Part shown: positions 38,277 to 50,858 of the stretch, piece after piece
How positions within the stretch are numbered: the first letter of the stretch is position 1
How the letters are laid out: every line of letters begins with the position of its first letter
From: Paramecium tetraurelia
Lineage: Eukaryota
Length of the DNA stretch: 64,000 bases
NCBI GenBank assembly: GCA_000165425.1
Contig: CT868015.1
Location: forward strand, 186,001-250,000
Direction: 5' to 3'
Made by a program: the position numbers and the translations under genes
Notes under the pieces: model-generated
Databases searched by the model: none
Seen by the model: only the letters and a program-made list of their open reading frames with translations
Told to the model about the DNA's origin: nothing

Positions 38277-39281
38277 ATGATTTATATTTATATTTTTGCT
38301 GCCCTTCTTGTGGTAGCCTTGATCAAATTTATATGGACAAGTCTTATCAGTCCAAAGGCTCCAAGTGCCTTAGAACCCAAGCATAAGCGGGAATATTTAA
38401 CTTGCTAATTGATAGAGAAAACCAAATTGAGTCATGACACATATAATTTTAAATTTGCTCTTCCATCTAAGAAACATGCATTGGGAATCGAAGTGGGATA
38501 ACACATTATCTTACAGTAATATAATTTCATAAATTTAGTGAGCAAATAAAAACAAGAGAGTATCCAGAAGGAGAGTTGGTGGAGAGGAAATACACTCCAA
38601 CCAGTCCAGTTGATTAGAAGGGCAATTTCGATTTATTGATTAAGATCTATAGAGCAAATGAGCATCCTAAATTTCCTGACGGAGGTAAATTAACTTCTTG
38701 GATTGAAAATATGACTGTAAGAATAAATTGATATTTTCAGCCAGGAGAATCCATTCACATTACTGGTCCTGGAGGTCGATTGATGTATTTGGGATATGGA
38801 AATGTTTAGATCAATAAAATGCCATAATTATATAGAAAGAAATATAAAAGAATTGTGATGATTGCTGGTGGATCTGGAATCACCCCTATGTATTAGATCA
38901 TCCAAGCCGTGGCCACAAATAATAATGATAGAACTCAATTAGCATTGCTTTTTGCCAATAAATCTGAAGTATTAATTAATTATTCTATCATGATAGTCAG
39001 ACATTTTATTGTACAATTAGTTGAAGGCATATGCTTCCTTGAAAAAGTTGACTCTGCACTTGACTTTGGACAATGTAAATAAATTGTTAATTTATGATTA
39101 GCCTCCAGCATAGTGGGTTGGATTCTCTGGATTTGTCACCAAAGATATGACTGAACAGGCATTTGGTAAATTGGATAGTCAGACATTGGCTTTGACTTGT
39201 GGACCTCCTATGATGAATTCATTGGCTAGAACAAATTTCTAATCTTTGGGAATGAATAGTGACGATATTTTTGAGTTCTGA
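38277..39281 (+). CDS. NADH-cytochrome b5 reductase with N-terminal membrane anchor
   Basis: SHDTYNFKFALP; RKYTPTS; KIYRANEHPKFPDGGKLT; AGGSGITPMYQI; LLFANKSE; CGPPMM. Confidence 0.95.
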
Positions 39282-39495
39282 GAAGAGAAAATAGTGTCAA
39301 TTGACAGTTTAATATATAGAAATCATATTTATTTTAATTCTTTGTGAATTATAATTGGATATGAGAGTGGTTTCTTGAGAGGGGAGACGAAAGAAAGGGA
39401 AGATGCAAACAGAATTTATATATATACTGGATAATATAAATTATAAAGTATTCGTTTTTAAGAGAATTGACGATTAGCATTAATATTAATATAAT

Positions 39496-41576
39496 ATGAA
39501 GACAATCCTACTTGTATTGTTGAGTGTGCAGATCTTATTAGCATAGGATCCTTGGGTAACCCATTATACAGCATTTACATCAGCTGAAATAAATGACTTG
39601 GATGGTAATCTTGCATGATTAATAATTAGGCTGGGTTGTAAAGAAAGCATTTAAAGGAAACACTTTTAGCAAATGTGACAAAGTCAGTTTGGTTGGTGGA
39701 TATGGAGCTTTTGGTAAAGGAGCAACAGCTTTGAAATAATTAGCACTTCCACCTCATTATAAATTAAAGATCAATGTACAATTGTGGAAGTAATATTGAT
39801 TAAATAACTAAAACAATAGAATTGATAGTTGGGATAACGAAATAATGTTTGTTTTGGTTGATGGTTTCATTTGGCAAGCAAAATGGCACTATTCTGAAGG
39901 AGCTAATTTATGTGGAGCAGCTAATGATTGGAAGGAAGCCTTTTATAACATTGAGTTTGAAGTTCCTCACAATTCACCCACAGTGAGCATAGTATTGACA
40001 TCCAATTTGGACGAAGATGCTTTGAATGTAAGGATAATCATATTAATCATAATAGGAATCATGGGCATTCAGAGATTTCAAATTGTCATTCTAAAGATGT
40101 CATTCAGAATGTGCAGTATGTGGAGATAATAAACCAGATAATTGTTTCTTTTGGACAAATGTAGCTACTAATTGGAATAAGTAAATTTCATTAGAAGGAT
40201 GGACATTGGATGGAGAAGGAAAGGCTGAATCAAATGAATGTGCAGGAGTACAACTCTTTGGTGGTTATGGAAAATTAGGAAGAAAAGCCAATTTATGGAA
40301 GAGATTCACTAATTTACCACCTCACTTTTAAGTTAAGGTCAAGGTATAAATGTGGAAGATTGATTCTTGGGATAATGAGCTGTTCTTAATGGAAATTGAT
40401 GATTAGGAGAAATTCAGATAAGCCTTTGCTTACAATGAAGGAGTTGATCTTTGTGGTGTTGATACAAATGCCAAATAAGGAGAAGGATGGGCTGAAAAGA
40501 TAGTTAATATCGAAATTAATGTCCCTCACAAATTCCCTGAAGTCAAAGTCTTAATGAAATCTACATTGGATGAACCACCTGAGAATGAATCATGGGGAGT
40601 TAGAGATTTCCAATTATTCGCTGCTCAATGTTTCAAAGGATGCACAGGTTGCACTGGACCAGCTAAATCTGATTGTACTTCATGTGGATAAGGTTTCGAT
40701 CTTGTCAATGGTGAATGCAAAGAAGGAAGTAATTTAATAGATATATAAATTTATTAGTTAAATGGATGACATTGAACAGATTCTTCTTTAATGATGAATA
40801 AGATTTCTAAGGATTGTATGATTGGGTTCCATCAAGTGTATTCCAAAATTAAAATCCATTTTCAACTTGCGGATAAAAGAAATTGTTTGGTGGTTATCAA
40901 AGATTTGGTGCCAAGGGTAAGGCTGAGAGAAATTTCAATCTTCCCAAACATTCAAGACTCAGAATATAATTCCAATTCTGGAAGATAGATTCATGGGATG
41001 ATGAGAAATTCTAACTCTTCGTTGATGGCAAGGTAGTCTTTGAAAGATCATTTGGATTCAGCACTCCAGGACAAGCCAAAATCTGCGGAGCTCCTTAAAG
41101 CACTTGGATGACTTACTTCTTCAATGTTGATGTCATTCTTGAACACACTAATCCTACTGCCAACGTTGTCTTAACTTCCACCTTAGACTAAGCTGCTGAT
41201 GACGAATCTTGGGGTTTCAGAGAATTCCAAATCCTTTATGAATTAAAAGAAGATTGTGTTGAATTGTATACTGAATGTGGATTCAAGGGAACCAAATTTG
41301 ATGTCTGTAGAGACACTCCATCACTTGCTAGAGTAATCATTTATTTCAATATCATTGTAGGAAAAGATCAGTTAAGTTAAATCAATTAAGATTCCTCCCG
41401 GAGTTGTAGTCTAAGGTTTTGATGAAGAGGTTTACAAAGGAAAGACTGTGAAGTTTTCATAAAGTTAAGATTGCTTAGAAGAAATCCAATTTTCTTTCAT
41501 CCAAAAAAAGTTTGAAATCATCTAAGCTGATGATTCTGTCCTTGCTGCAAATTTAAGACGTATCAGATTTGATTGA
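39496..41576 (+). CDS. Secreted protein: three repeated ~170-aa domains, Cys-rich linkers, C-terminal beta/gamma-crystallin-like domain
   Basis: Signal peptide; three units each with (F/V)GGY..(F/L)G, LP.H, WKIDSWD.E and LD...(N/D)ESWG.R.F; tail CVELYTECGFKG...VKSIKIPPGVVVQGFDEEVYKGK. Confidence 0.85.
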
Positions 41577-41846
41577 TATAAAATAAATAAAATTAATATT
41601 TTATAAGTTCTTTCTCTACATTATTCTCTTCATAAACAATGGGCAAACTAATATTTCATGATCATGATGAAGTCTTACCTTAAAAAAATATTATATAAAC
41701 TATTGCTTGATTATTATTCGAAATCTATAATTATAAAAACAATAAGAATTATTTAATTAAAGCATATTCATTTTCTTTTCTGTTTATCAAATATATTTGA
41801 ATTTATTATAAATATTATATTTAAGAATTTTTGCTTAAATTTATTA

Positions 41847-43766
41847 ATGGAACAAATAGAATAGAGTGTAATCTTAGATGATGAAGGAGTGAAGGAGATG
41901 AAAGAAATTTCTTAATGTTTAAATTAAACCCCAATTTTATTGGATTAGAATGTAATACCAAATAAATTATTTCAAAGTTAACGATGATATCCAATTTGAA
42001 ATTCACTTTTGCAATTGATGATTATGAATAGCGATAACAAAATAATGTCAATTAAAATGGGTATATTGTTCTCAAAATAAAATTAGGAAAACTCTAGATT
42101 AAAATAAGAAAAACAATCAACTTTACAATATGTAAAAAGATGGTTTTTTTCAAGAAATGAGTTTGTTGAAGAATATCAGTTTCTCTGATTTGGATTGCTA
42201 GAAGTTCAGATGTAATAAACTGATCTTAATTTAAGCTTAGCATTCGAATCAATATAATTAGATAAGAATTGCGAATTGACACTATTTAGTCATAATTAAA
42301 AGAAGGGAATCCAAAATGTATGAGTTTATTTGTAAATCCAAGATTTAATCAAATGGGTTATTGTCGAACCAAATTTTTAATAGCAAATTTCAATCAAACT
42401 TATTGTCTGGTCCCCATAGTTCGAGAAACCTTGAGTCCAAAAATCAATCCGCTCATTTAACATCCAGCGATCCACAATTGGAAGAAAACAATAATAGATG
42501 GCTTCACAAATATCCTTCTTATATAATTTAGAAAACTGAAAATAATGAAAAAAGCGAATACCCAACCCTCTTCAAGAATTATTCTTAAATAGGCAGAAAC
42601 ACAAATGATGCCAGTTTTGAGGACTAATAAATTAAATAGGAATTCTAAACGTTGATTAATGCAAGCAAAGCCTAAAAAGAATAATAATAGTAAGCAAATA
42701 CATCCATTAGTTCTATCAATAAAAGAAAGCAGGACTAATAAAAATAAAATTAGGATATACAAAATTAAAATAAGACTCGAAGACCTAGTTCACCAAAATT
42801 TAAATTTGTTGTCAAATAAAAGAAACAAAGCAAAAATTCTGGTTAACACATTAAATTAACATTTGAAAAAGGATAAAAGGTTTTTGACATCTCATCCTAG
42901 AGATTAAATAAGGAAACTTCGAAGAGTGTAGAATAACTTAAAATAAATGATCATTTTTTGAAATTGCAAAATGAATAAGAAAGAGAATTGTGTTATAAAC
43001 CCTTCGAAAATACCAAGTATTCAGAAATATCCAAAATATTTACCCGTAAAAATCATGAAAGTCCAACTGCAGCACTCTACAAAAAGAAGGCCAATAAATC
43101 AAAATAAAATATTTCATAAAACACAATAAATTCAGTGAATAATGTTAGCAATCATTCTTATGATAACCATTCTGGTCAAGAGTATGAAGATAGCTTTGAG
43201 AATGAAGCCTAAGATTAATATATTCATAAAGTCGATTTGTAATAGTTATTAAAAGAGAAGCAAGTTAGTCCTACCACTTAAAGTTAAGAACAAAGTCATT
43301 TCGAAAGAAATGTATTCTCTTTTAAGCCGTTGATAGATTTTTAGCCATAGAATGACTCTAAGTATTAAGAGAACATAGTTAATTAAAAATAGAATAATTA
43401 ATTTTAATTAACATTTTAACCTCAACAACAATATTAAAGGATTTCACCCATAAGAAGGAATGATGAGGATTTAAGAATAAAAAATGATTATTAGAATTAG
43501 TATCTTTCAAAGCATTAAAATCAATAGAGTTAATACTCAGAGCATAATAATTAATAATCTTAATAATAGAACGAGATTTAAGGAAATAAAAAATAACCTA
43601 TTTAAATTAAATTAAATATTTAACAATTTATGAATAATAGTAACTCTGAAAAATAACAATTTTAGGAAATCTCACCGCATTCATCTAAGATTGGTAAGTA
43701 ATTAATTAATATCTAGTTAATCATTCTAATAAAAATAGCTAAAATTTTAGAACACTCAAAAAATGA
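41847..43766 (+). CDS. Hypothetical Q/N-rich protein
   Basis: MEQIEQSVILDDEGVKEM; long ciliate-code frame; last intron 43694-43716 then ...FRTLKK*. Confidence 0.7.
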
Positions 43767-43825
43767 TTCTCCCTATAAACATGTGATTTTGTTTTCTTTA
43801 TTATAAATTGCAATATAAACAATTA

Positions 43826-44875
43826 TCAATGGGAATTCTTAGAGAAATCGGTTATAATTTGAACATCTTCGTCATCCTCTTCATCTATAATAATAATATT
43901 TCGATCTTTGTTCTACGGTTCAATGCGTTTTATAGAATTTTAAATAATGTTTGGATTAACTAATTATTATTAAATTTGCCAAGGATTAATATCCTGTGTA
44001 ATGAAATTAATTTTAGATTTTTTTATTGTATTATTTTTTTCATTATTCGGTTATTTCTTCTCTTCATTTAATTTAAGATTCTCGAAAAACTCTTTTATTT
44101 CCAGTTAATTAAAAGTATACCTTTTTTATTATTCTTCAATCTATTCTATTTCAACTTAATGTTACTTTTAGTCTACTTATGCTTATTAAAATTGAGGTAT
44201 TTATTTCTTCTTTTTTTATTATTTTTTCTTTTATTTTTGTTGATATTTCGGTTTATATTTTCTAAACTTCATTTTAAATTGTCTTTTTTATATTCTCAAT
44301 CTTGGTGAGATTCTCTTTTTTGATTCAAATTCAACATAATTTTGATTGGGTAGATATTCAACCTAAGACTCAATGAATTTGGCTTATTTCGCTTAATCCC
44401 AGATAAATTTAAATTGTTCTGTAAATTATTTTGCTGTTTTAGAATCTTTGATTATTGTAATATGCTCAAAGTTATTTGAGAATGCTTGAAATGTCCAATT
44501 TGCACTACCTAGTATTGTTATTTTATTGTCAATAACACAATATTTGGTATGCATTAGACCTTTCGATTCAATCAATGAAACATTCACTTTGAATCCACTC
44601 ATCACTAATAGCTTATTAATGGTTATCTTTTTTCTTTCCTCTTACTCCTCTGAGTTTTAATCCATAATTATGTCAACTCTACATCCTTAGGTAGCTAATG
44701 AAATTAAGATGTCAATAATTGTCTGATGAGTCAATTAATAAATGCAGCCCAAAAATGTTGACTTACATTTCCTTAGTTTCCTACAGAACCTTGTGAAATT
44801 GTCTTCATCGGGAAAAAACAGGTGTTAAACCTTTGCTGTAAAATGTTTACTAGTAATTGATCTTTCTTTAATCAT
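43826..44875 (-). CDS. Single-HKD phospholipase D superfamily nuclease (PLD6/Zucchini/Nuc-like), 349 aa, intronless
   Basis: LFFPD; CIYQLTH; GCRVDIIMD; MHTKYCVIDNKITILGSANWT (exact HxKxxxxD-x6-GSxN); NNFEH; FTEQFKFIW. Confidence 0.9.
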
Positions 44876-44881
44876 TATATT

Positions 44882-44906
44882 TATATATATATATATATAT
44901 ATATAT
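44882..44906. repeat. (TA)12 microsatellite
   Basis: Perfect TA dinucleotide run, 6 nt upstream of the PLD6-like start codon. Confidence 0.95.
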
Positions 44907-45049
44907 TCATTTGGCTTAATTGTTTTTTACAAATTTTCGATTCTAATTGCCAAATTTCTACAGGATTATTTTCTTTGATTAAATACAATTGTTATTTATA
45001 AAATACTTATTAAATCTATAATTTAAGTTTTCGAAAAAGAATAAAAATT

Positions 45050-45780
45050 TGGCTAATGAATCATCTGTGGAACATCATATCCTACTAAACTTTTTTGGAC
45101 TAAATACTTACTCATGATCACATATTTCAATTAATTCTTTGAGTTTACCTTTGAAGTCAGAAATACAGTTATTTTTTGGATATTAAGAACTAGTCAAAAC
45201 TTTCTCTGGAGATAGAGTACTAAATTTAGTTTTTTGTTACTTTTAAAAGGAAGATAATGATTCTATTTTGGGTAATGTGTAATCTGACTATGTCGTTTTC
45301 AGTTTGCTTTTATCAGAAATAACAATGGAATTATAAGGAATTTAATCGGATCTATATAATTAAGTGTGAATGTACGAATTTTAAGATTTATATTTTTATG
45401 ATTTCCTTTATTATTATCTCTAAATTTCCAAGATGGAACTCACATTATTGAGTTTGGAGACCTTCTACACCACGTGGTTGTACTTATAACTCCATAATTC
45501 ACATATCTAGCTAATTCTAAATAGATACAATTACAATTTTTTGACATCAATGATATCCTCCTTCGGTTTTTGAAAGGATCTCTTAAATGGGATTTATCCA
45601 GATTTCAGGAGGATACTTTGAGGAACAATTTTCTAATGAGGACTCTCATCTGCTTGGAGCTTACGAAATCTCTTTTTATAAAAGGTCTTATAGGTTTCAA
45701 CTCGATCCAAATCGGGGTTATCATTGGTATTAAAAGGATTAAATTTGGAGATCGTTAATCTTTAGGACATTATATTGTGA
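45050..45780 (+). pseudogene. Decayed coding sequence, weakly TBC-like
   Basis: Fragments ELVKTFSGD..LNLVFCYF..LGNVQSDYVVFSLL and FYTTWLY interrupted by TGA stops and frame changes. Confidence 0.25.
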
Positions 45781-45943
45781 TACAATATAATTTAATATAC
45801 CAAATTATATATAAAATATAATTAAACAAAAAATAGCTTATTATATTAAAATTGTATTTAGTACATTCAATCATCTAAATTAATGTGATTTGAATGAACA
45901 TACAGTATTCCTAAAACAAAATTTATTAATAAAAATATAAAAC

Positions 45944-46694
45944 TCATCTTTTGCTATAGGAACTAATGGATATAATAAATAGTTAATACTTGTATCTTAA
46001 AGTTCCAATGCCAGCCTATTAGATGATCTGATTCTTTTTCTCCACCTTCTCAGATCTTTGCTTAATGAACGGAGAAGGCTTAACTACTTGATCAAAAGTA
46101 TTCTGCTTTCTCAGTAGAGGCGTCTAATTATAACTTGTGCATTTCGTAGTAATTTGAGGGGATAATTGAGACAGTCTACCTTAATGAAATAAAATACTCA
46201 ACAGGGCTTTTTTTATCAATTCTAAAACTTTTCGTTAATCCGTACTTGTCAACGCTCATTTATTGACGAAGTTAACCCAACATTTTTTTTGGAATGGCAA
46301 CAATTTCGTATTCATCCATATCCAGCTAATTGAAGTCCTATTGCATTCTCAATTCATTTAGCTGTCTCTTGGGATCATCAAAATAATAATGGTGCTCTGT
46401 CTTAACATGGTGTTATTTAATAACTTATGACCCAGCTTTTGAAAACTTTTGTGTATAGTTTGTTAAAATCCTTTTGCTGGGAGAGGTTTGAATATTAGTA
46501 AAGATGTGAGATTTGGTTTCCCTTATTCCCTCAGTGTATTGACCGAGATTCTATAAGATCGGAGATTGTTCATCCTTTGAAGCTACATATTAGTTATTTT
46601 TGACGATGGGAATTGAGGGCTTGTTTACCATTCCTATGACTCCGTCCTTATTCATTATGGTCATCTTTCCCTTAAAACGAGATTTAAAATCCAT
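45944..46694 (-). CDS. Hypothetical protein
   Basis: MDFKSRFKGKMTIMNKDG; two tiny introns; ends NSYSKR*. Confidence 0.7.
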
Positions 46695-46788
46695 TATATA
46701 AATAAAATAATTATAGGATGAAAAAATAATATGGCAATTCATTTATCTTGGACACTTCGATTGTAACTTACATTAATTATAAAAGGGA

Positions 46789-47946
46789 ATGAATAACACA
46801 ATTTACTTGAGTCCTAATGCTAAAAACCCTGGGACTAAAAGTTTTTCAAATAAAACAGATCTGTATGATTAAAATTTGCAATGCAATATATTTCTCTTTC
46901 TTTCAATTGTTCATGGGAATCCTCAATTGAACAAACTATTTATTCAAAGATGTGGCAACAAAGATAAATTTTTGCAGATGTTTGATACATTGTAATACTC
47001 AGCTCTACTTACAAAAGTGCTCCAAATAGTGAATCAATATTTTACAGAGACACAGTCATAATGTTATGAGCATTACCCTACTAGCAATAATAAATCATGG
47101 TACTCTTCTGATCAAAAATACACGCCAAAATAAGGGAGCAATGACAAGTTTTAATCGATGATAAAGAAAATTATAACCACTGATCTAGATCCTTTAAAGT
47201 CTTTAATTAATCGAGTTTAAGAGTAAAATTCCACTTAGTATCAATCTTCGAATAAATTGGCATCAGCATCTCAACTTTCCAATAAGCTGAGTGAAAAGCT
47301 GATGAAAACCAATATACTCAAGGATCAACTAAAGGAAAAGATTACAAAATTGGCTATGTAGAATAGTTACAATTATTAATACAAAGTGAGCAAAACTGAA
47401 TCAGATGCTACTTAATCCCAACCTGCACTTTTGAGAGATACTCCAAGTTAGACAATTTCTTAACAAGACCCAATTTTTCATAAACCAAATAGAATTTCTT
47501 TTGGATAACAATAATTGTTTAATAATGCATCAAATGGGGATTAGATTATTGAATATTAATAAAATGGAAAAAATTAAAAAACATTAATTGAATCTTCTCC
47601 TACGTTTCTATATCACTAATAGAAGGATCATGCTATTTAAACATCTGAAACTGAAATAAATGTTGAAAATTCCAATATTCGAAAGGAAGACCACAGCAAC
47701 GATCACTCTTTAGATTTATCGCAAGAAAGGTCCAAAAGATTTGAAGGAACGTTTGGTAAAGTTAGAAATAGAGATGGTAAAAACAAGAAAAAATCGAATA
47801 GTGTCTCTGGCAATGTATCACCCTAAAGGAGTGAAAGACAGAACCATGAAGTCATTTCGATAGACCAAATTCAACACAAAAGGAAAATTAGTATTAATAG
47901 TGTAAATAGAAGATATAATATATTAACAAATGAATAATTGGAATGA
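46789..47946 (+). CDS. Hypothetical low-complexity protein (upstream part of a frame continuing past TGA 47944)
   Basis: MNNTIYLSPNAK...NIFLFLSIVHGNPQLNKLF; open to TGA 47944-47946. Confidence 0.6.
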
Positions 47947-47982
47947 TTAAAAAACAAAATAAAATTTAATAACATATTAAAA

Positions 47983-48943
47983 ATGTCTATTTTAACAATG
48001 TATTAATCTAATACAAAATCAACCCTATCAAAGGTGCAATCTCTTGGGGCTGTTACATCTACTCCTCTTAAAACCAACAAATCTCTCCAACAAGACAGAG
48101 AATTATTGTACAACAGTCAACTGATGCAAAAAGCATTAATAGAATCATGCAAAAAGGCAAAGGAAAACAGAATGAACTCTCCTACTTATAAAGTTACTGA
48201 CACCATTGTTTAAGTAAATTATTATCCTACTCAGGCCAATTAAGATACACCGATATAGAAATCAGGCAAAAAGAAGGCTTTATTCAGCGGAATCGACTCC
48301 CAAATCGACCCAGTTCGAAATGTACACACCTCATCAAACAAAACGAATGTGAAATTGATGATGTTTAATGAAGGACATTACATGAAAAAATATCAATAAT
48401 AATCAACAGAAATTCATTAAGAAAAAGATTACAGGAGTTCTATTAGAGTTTATAAGCAAGAACAGAAAACTGAAAGCGAGTAAAAAAGATTAAGAAAGAG
48501 TGTCCCTGGTTAACCAACAGCCAAAGATCCCATTTTATCGCCAGATTCTAAAGTTGATAAAAAGGTACGCAAATTTTAAAATGCTAAATAGTTAAGAATA
48601 TCTTGTCTATAAAAATCAGAATAATAAGGCAAAATGGAAAGTATTAGAACTTATGGTCATGCAAACTCATCTTTAGGATTTCGTAATAGTGTAGCCTAAG
48701 GTCAGAAGGATGATACTAGTCCTATGAAAATGAGAGAAAGCAACACTTATAAAAGTGATATGAAAAGTATATTAAGTTAAAATGAAACACTTTAAAAATT
48801 AGTAATTTAATTAATTTTACAATATGTTATAGTATTCAAGAACTGATTATAAAGGATGCGACAATATAAAGAAATCAAAAAGAATAAGCATTAAAATGGA
48901 TGTTCCAAGACCTACATCAGCATTTGCTTTATTTGATAAATGA
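47983..48943 (+). CDS. Hypothetical low-complexity protein, or C-terminal half of the preceding gene
   Basis: Same frame resumes MSILTMYQSNTK...; one intron near 48802; ends PRPTSAFALFDK*. Confidence 0.55.
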
Positions 48944-49560
48944 TATATATTATCAAATTAAATTTGCTTTTTTATTGTTATAAATTGCTTAATACCACAA
49001 ATACTTGGTAACATAAGTTCGATACAATTATATAATCAAATCCTAAGCTTTTCTCTCCGATTTTAATATAATTCCAAATGATTAGTTTTTCTTGATTCAA
49101 TTAAGAAAATGAAAGAGAAAAGCAGTAAGTCTGCACAATCTGTCTAGGTTTCTTATTCTTATAGTAAAATACAAACACATGATGAATTAATTGTAATTAA
49201 GGCTTTCCATCAATATTTTATTTTGTTGTCTATCCTTTGAGATTTGGAAGGATTTCATTGTTGCCTTTGTAGTGATGCAGAAGATTTCCAAAAAGATGGT
49301 TGTCATTAGAGAAGCACATTAAATTATTTAACAAGGAGACGGAAGGAAAATTAAAAGATAAATAAATGCTAAGGGAGTGGAAAGTTCATGAATGGCTGAC
49401 TGTTTTCTTCTGAGAATGTTTTAATTAAGTAATGTAACTATTCAGTGCTTTAGATTATAAGGGTTTAGAATTATTTAGAAACAAATTAATTATTTTCAAT
49501 AAGCATTATTCATTTTTAGATAGGTTTCTGCTTTTGATTATACGTAGTTGGCAGGAAGTA

Positions 49561-50735
49561 ATGAGCGATCTGTCTGATGAAAAGCAACAAAATAAATATA
49601 ATTGTACTTAATTCGAAGACATTAATGGACTCGATTTAAGCATACGGAAAGTTATAAAATTGGATGGCAGTGGTGAAAAGGCTAGTACTTGTATCCACAT
49701 TAATTTAGCAATTAATTTGTAATGCAACTCCTTTAGAGTTAAAGAATAGCATAAATCAGTCATCTAGTAAATTAAACATCTTGCTAGACAAGGCTCTCAT
49801 ATGTAAGTAACCATTAATCTATTTCAATTTTTAACAACTACAAATGTAGTTTTTCATATTCCACTCTTATATTTTAATTGCTTCCTTTATTATTATTTTA
49901 GTACCGGATATTTAGAGCTTCCAACGTAACAAATAAATCAATACAAAAAGAGAAGTAACGCAGATGCATTAATTGACGAAGTTTTATTAGAGTAAGACCA
50001 TTTTCAATTCAATCTCAACTCCAACCCATATATACATCATTTATTTTTTCTTATTATTTTTACTTAGTAAGTTTTTACCGCCAAACTCAATCACTCCACT
50101 CATATTCACCAAGAAATTGCCACAAGGAGGACAATATAGATTTAAAGGAACTCAACCTTTGTGGGTCAATGCATTAGAGAGTCTTCTAAGTGTGGTGGTC
50201 CAATTGTATTACAAGAGCGATCAAGAATTGGCAGAGTTTATGAAAGAGAAGGTCTTGATCGAGTCAAAAAAGGAACTCAAACAAGTTTATATCACATTAT
50301 AAATTCAAGGAAAAGAAACCTGGAAGGAAAAAGAAGATCCTTGATAACGATTCACCTAATCAAGAATAAACTGAATAACAACAATAATAACCATCAAATA
50401 CTAATGTCTATTCATTACTGCAATAAGATGTCTTAGATATTCTAATATCTCCATTAAGAAGTGATTTTCCTTTTGGTAAATTTCATCATTTCTAATCTTT
50501 AAGAAACCTGGACAACCAAAGAAATTGCCATCTTCGAATGTGGAATGTGTAGATATGGTAAACAATACGAATTCTTATCCCATCTTGTAAATTATTTCCA
50601 TTATTTAAGATTAAAACCAAAAATGCTCAAGACATCATCTAATTTTACTACTTCTGGAAATTCACAAGTCATTATAAACTATGGAAAATTAATAAAGCAT
50701 ATTATCACCGCAGTAACCTAAATAACTATGTTTGA
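49561..50735 (+). CDS. SANT-domain protein (MTA/RERE/MIER-type SANT); 5' end uncertain
   Basis: ETWTTKEIAIFECGMCRYGKQYEFLSHLIKTKNAQDIIQFYYFWK assembled across tiny introns; TGA 50733-50735. Confidence 0.7.
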
Positions 50736-50858
50736 TTAAACTTTGATCTTGCAATATTTATGTTTTAACAATTATAATATTGTATTAAAATTAATATGGA
50801 ATTCATTTTTGGCATTATTATAAGATAATGTGACTGTAAAAATAATACAATAAAATTA

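Noticed and set aside
43767..44004. Long antisense overlap between the Q/N-rich gene and the PLD6-like gene
   Set aside because: A canonical intron at 43694-43716 ends the plus-strand gene at 43766, removing the apparent overlap
47916..47979. TA-bounded inverted repeat as a retained IES
   Set aside because: Excision between these TAs removes 62 nt and would break the shared frame; ends do not match TAYAG and such matches are easy in AT-rich DNA
49000..49550. Gene upstream of the SANT protein
   Set aside because: Short frames interrupted by TGA with no recognisable motif
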